Shown one piece after another: positions 61,480 through 64,000 of a DNA stretch of 64,000 nucleotides; the first letter of the stretch is position 1; every line of letters starts with the position of its first letter. This DNA comes from Desulfosudaceae bacterium. GTDB taxonomy: Bacteria; Desulfobacterota; Desulfobacteria; Desulfobacterales; Desulfosudaceae. A program made the position numbers and the translations under genes. The DNA lies in NCBI GenBank assembly GCA_963674745.2, contig CAXXDV010000002.1, positions 1-64,000 on the forward strand, in the 5' to 3' direction. A model generated the notes under the pieces. The model worked only from the letters and a program-made list of their open reading frames with translations. It was not told the origin of the DNA and made no database searches.

Positions 61480-63090
61480 ATGGAATATTTTGTGCTGGCC
61501 ATTGGGGCGTTTGTCTTTATTTTCATTGCGACCGTTTTAATCCTGTCATCACGTTATAAACGATGCCCGTCCGATCAGATACTGGTTATATACGGAAAAG
61601 TGGCACAGGGCCGGTCCAGCCGGTGTTTGCACGGCGGGGGCGTGTTTGTGATTCCGCTGATTCAGGATTATGCCTATTTGAGCCTTACGCCGATCACCAT
61701 TAATATCCCGCTGCAGAACGCTTTATCGTTTCAAAACATTCGCATCAACGTTCCCAGTACATTTACCGTCGGCATCAGCACGGATCCCAATATCATGACC
61801 AATGCCGCCGAAAGGCTGCTGGGTATTCCATCCAAAGAAATCGAGGATATGGCCAAGGAAATTATTTTCGGCCAGTTGCGTCTCACCGTGGCATCCCTCA
61901 CCATCGAGCAGATCAACCAGGACCGTGAGAGCTTTCTGGAATCCATCCGAAAGAACGTTGAGCCGGAACTAAACAAGATCGGGCTTTACCTCATTAACGT
62001 CAATATTACAGACATCACCGATGAGTCTGATTACATCGAAAGTATCGGTAAAAAGGCCGCGTCCGAAGCGTTAAACAAAGCCAAGGTGGATGTGGCCGAA
62101 CAGGTCAAGTTAGGCGCCATTGGTGAAGCTGAGGCCAATCGGGTCAAGGAGATCCGGGTAGCGGAGAATGTAGCGGAATCGGAAAAAGGGAAAAAGAAAG
62201 CCGAGGCCGACCAGCGGATTTTTGTGCATGGGCAGGAAGCCGAGGCGGTTGCCGGTGAAAACCGGGCTAAAGCCGAAATCGCCAATGCTGAAGCCACCCT
62301 GGAGATCAGGGAGGCTGAAGCCGTAGCGGAATCGGTTAAAGGGAAAAAGAAAGCTCAGGCCGAGCAGCGGATATTTGTCCAGGAGCAGGAAGCTTCGGCG
62401 GTTGACGGTGAGAACCGGGCCAAGGCCAATATTGCCGATTATGAAGCGGAACTGGCCGTTAAACAGGCATCCGCCCAACAACGGGGTGAGGTCGCCAAAC
62501 GCAAAGCCCAGGTTGAAATTCAGAAGGCCCAGTATCTCGCCGAGCTGGAGCGTTTGAACGCTGAAGAGATTGTTATCAAGGAAATTGAAAAACGCAAGAT
62601 TGAAATCGCCGCCGATGCCGAAGCCGAACGCATCCGTCGTGAAGCCAAGGGTGAGGCCGATGGCGTACTGTTGAAATATGAAGCCGAAGCCGCAGGCATT
62701 CAGAAATTGTTGGATGGTAAAGCCTCCGGTTATCAGTCCTTGGTCACCAGTTGCGGCGGGGATGCCAAGGCTGCCGGCACCCTGCTGATGATTGAAAAGA
62801 TTGAAGAAATCGTCAAACACCAGGTGGACGCTATCAGGAACCTGAAGATTGATAAAATTACGGTATGGGACTCTGCCTCCGGTGATGGCCGGGGATCTTC
62901 CACAGCCAATTTCGCTTCCAGCCTTATCAAGAGCGTGCCGCCCCTGCAGGAAATTGCCGCCATGGCAGGCGTGGAGCTGCCATCATATCTGGGCAAGATG
63001 ATTGATAGCAAGGAGCCTATGGAACTTGTGGACGAAGTAAAGAAATCGGCGGCCGCCAAACCCGCTCCCAAGACAAAGGATGCGGAATAG
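61480..63090 (+). CDS. Flotillin/SPFH (band 7) family protein
   Basis: N-terminal TM, RYKRCPSDQILVIYG, GGGVFVIPLIQ, AE-rich coiled coil, KIDKITVWD. Confidence 0.93.
   Translation: MEYFVLAIGAFVFIFIATVLILSSRYKRCPSDQILVIYGKVAQGRSSRCLHGGGVFVIPLIQDYAYLSLTPITINIPLQNALSFQNIRINVPSTFTVGISTDPNIMTNAAERLLGIPSKEIEDMAKEIIFGQLRLTVASLTIEQINQDRESFLESIRKNVEPELNKIGLYLINVNITDITDESDYIESIGKKAASEALNKAKVDVAEQVKLGAIGEAEANRVKEIRVAENVAESEKGKKKAEADQRIFVHGQEAEAVAGENRAKAEIANAEATLEIREAEAVAESVKGKKKAQAEQRIFVQEQEASAVDGENRAKANIADYEAELAVKQASAQQRGEVAKRKAQVEIQKAQYLAELERLNAEEIVIKEIEKRKIEIAADAEAERIRREAKGEADGVLLKYEAEAAGIQKLLDGKASGYQSLVTSCGGDAKAAGTLLMIEKIEEIVKHQVDAIRNLKIDKITVWDSASGDGRGSSTANFASSLIKSVPPLQEIAAMAGVELPSYLGKMIDSKEPMELVDEVKKSAAAKPAPKTKDAE
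62170..62433 (+). repeat. Internal duplication in flotillin, period 153 nt (51 aa)
   Basis: GTAGCGGAATCGG..AAAGGGAAAAAGAAAGC at 62170 and 62323; VAES.KGKKKA.A.QRIFV..QEA.AV.GENRAKA.IA occurs twice. Confidence 0.85.
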
Positions 63091-63137
63091 GGGGGGAGTT
63101 GTTAGATTACGGTGGCAAAAAATATTTTTAATTATAG

Positions 63138-63196
63138 CGGGGCGCGTTACGTCATGTCCGTTTGAAAGGATGACGTGATCGGGCCCCGGCTTTTTT
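63138..63196 (+). terminator. Long hairpin with U-tract between convergent genes
   Basis: CGGGGC..ACGTCA..TCC/GGA-TGACGT..GCCCCG followed by TTTTTT. Confidence 0.55.
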
Positions 63197-63213
63197 GAAA
63201 CAGTTTTCTGTCG

Positions 63214-63999
63214 CTAGAGTTTACGTTTTGCTAACGTGTTGACCTGGGTGGCATCCATGGACAGGGTGTCATCGTCATCTGATGCCGTCGTTTTTCCGTT
63301 GGTTGAGATCAGAATGATCGAGATGTTGTCCTTGCCTTCATGATCTTTGGCGGCCTGAATCAATTCGGTGACACAATCCTTGTCCGGCAGGTCGCGTTCC
63401 ATGATGGCGGCGATTTCCTCGTCTTCCAGTTCACCGGTCAGACCGTCCGAACAAAGCAAAATCTTCTGGCCGTTGGACAAACTTCCGGAAACTGTTCCCA
63501 CCTTCATGTCCGGCAGGGTCTCCGCGCCCAGCGCCTGTGTCAGAATGTTGCGCTTGGGGTGGGAACGGGCTTGTGTTTCAGTCAATACGCCCGTATCCAT
63601 CATTCTTTGTACAAAGGAGTGATCCCTGGTGAGCCTTTTCAGGCTTCCGTCCCATAGATAGGCCCGGCTGTCGCCCACCCAGGCTACCTGATAATTTCTG
63701 TCGAATATTTGCACCGCCACGGCCGTGGCGCCCATACCCGGCCGGCCGATACCGTTTTGAACCGCCTTGAGTACATTAAGATGGGCGGTATTTAAGGCCT
63801 CATCCAGGGGCATGCCCCTGGCCACATCCTGACGCACGGAACGGACAACAATGGCGCTGGCCACTTCCCCGCCTTCGTGCCCGCCCATGCCGTCGGCGAT
63901 GATAAACAATCCTTTTTCAGGATCCGCACTGTAACAGTCTTCATTATGGTCGCGAACACGGCCGGTGTCGGTCGCGTGGGCGCAGCTTACTTGATTCAA
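63214..63999 (-). CDS. PP2C/Stp1-family Ser/Thr phosphatase (start may lie beyond the window)
   Basis: TDTGRVRDHNED, IADGMGGH, VGDSRAY, LLCSDGL, DNIS. Confidence 0.93.
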   Translation of the reverse strand: MNQVSCAHATDTGRVRDHNEDCYSADPEKGLFIIADGMGGHEGGEVASAIVVRSVRQDVARGMPLDEALNTAHLNVLKAVQNGIGRPGMGATAVAVQIFDRNYQVAWVGDSRAYLWDGSLKRLTRDHSFVQRMMDTGVLTETQARSHPKRNILTQALGAETLPDMKVGTVSGSLSNGQKILLCSDGLTGELEDEEIAAIMERDLPDKDCVTELIQAAKDHEGKDNISIILISTNGKTTASDDDDTLSMDATQVNTLAKRKL

Positions 64000-64000
64000 T

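Overview
Chromosomal window from an anaerobic bacterium, most likely a Desulfobacterota (Desulfobacterales-like); this taxonomy is inferred from gene content. No rRNA, tRNA, CRISPR array, transposase or prophage gene was recognised. From left to right: the frameshifted 3' end of a large Calx-beta/RTX surface protein; a housekeeping run on the minus strand (hisS-aspS-thiolase-small ORF-gyrA-gpsA-radC); mtnA; an MshEN-like/HAMP adenylate cyclase with a TPR lipoprotein; recD2; a tightly coupled six-gene operon (MMPL transporter, GNAT-like, GH3 acyl-adenylate/amido ligase, tandem-GNAT-like, HHxxxDG acyltransferase, DUF1302-like outer-membrane protein), which is my best candidate for an uncharacterised system (lipid/acyl-amide biosynthesis or modification plus transport); divergent from it, a giant pseudokinase-AAA-GAF-histidine kinase (five homopolymer frameshifts) and a NarL-type regulator; a back-to-back sigma54 locus pairing TauE plus a two-component system with a soluble PhsA/PsrA-like molybdoenzyme, Fe-S subunit and NAD(P)H flavoprotein; an OprD-like porin; panP; a selenocysteine formate dehydrogenase with its SECIS; csrA, a radical SAM gene and tkt; and a pspF-pspA-nfeD-flotillin module with visible operator and sigma54 promoter. 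All frameshifts seen lie in homopolymer runs, so they may be long-read assembly errors. All family assignments are from motif recognition by eye, not database searches.
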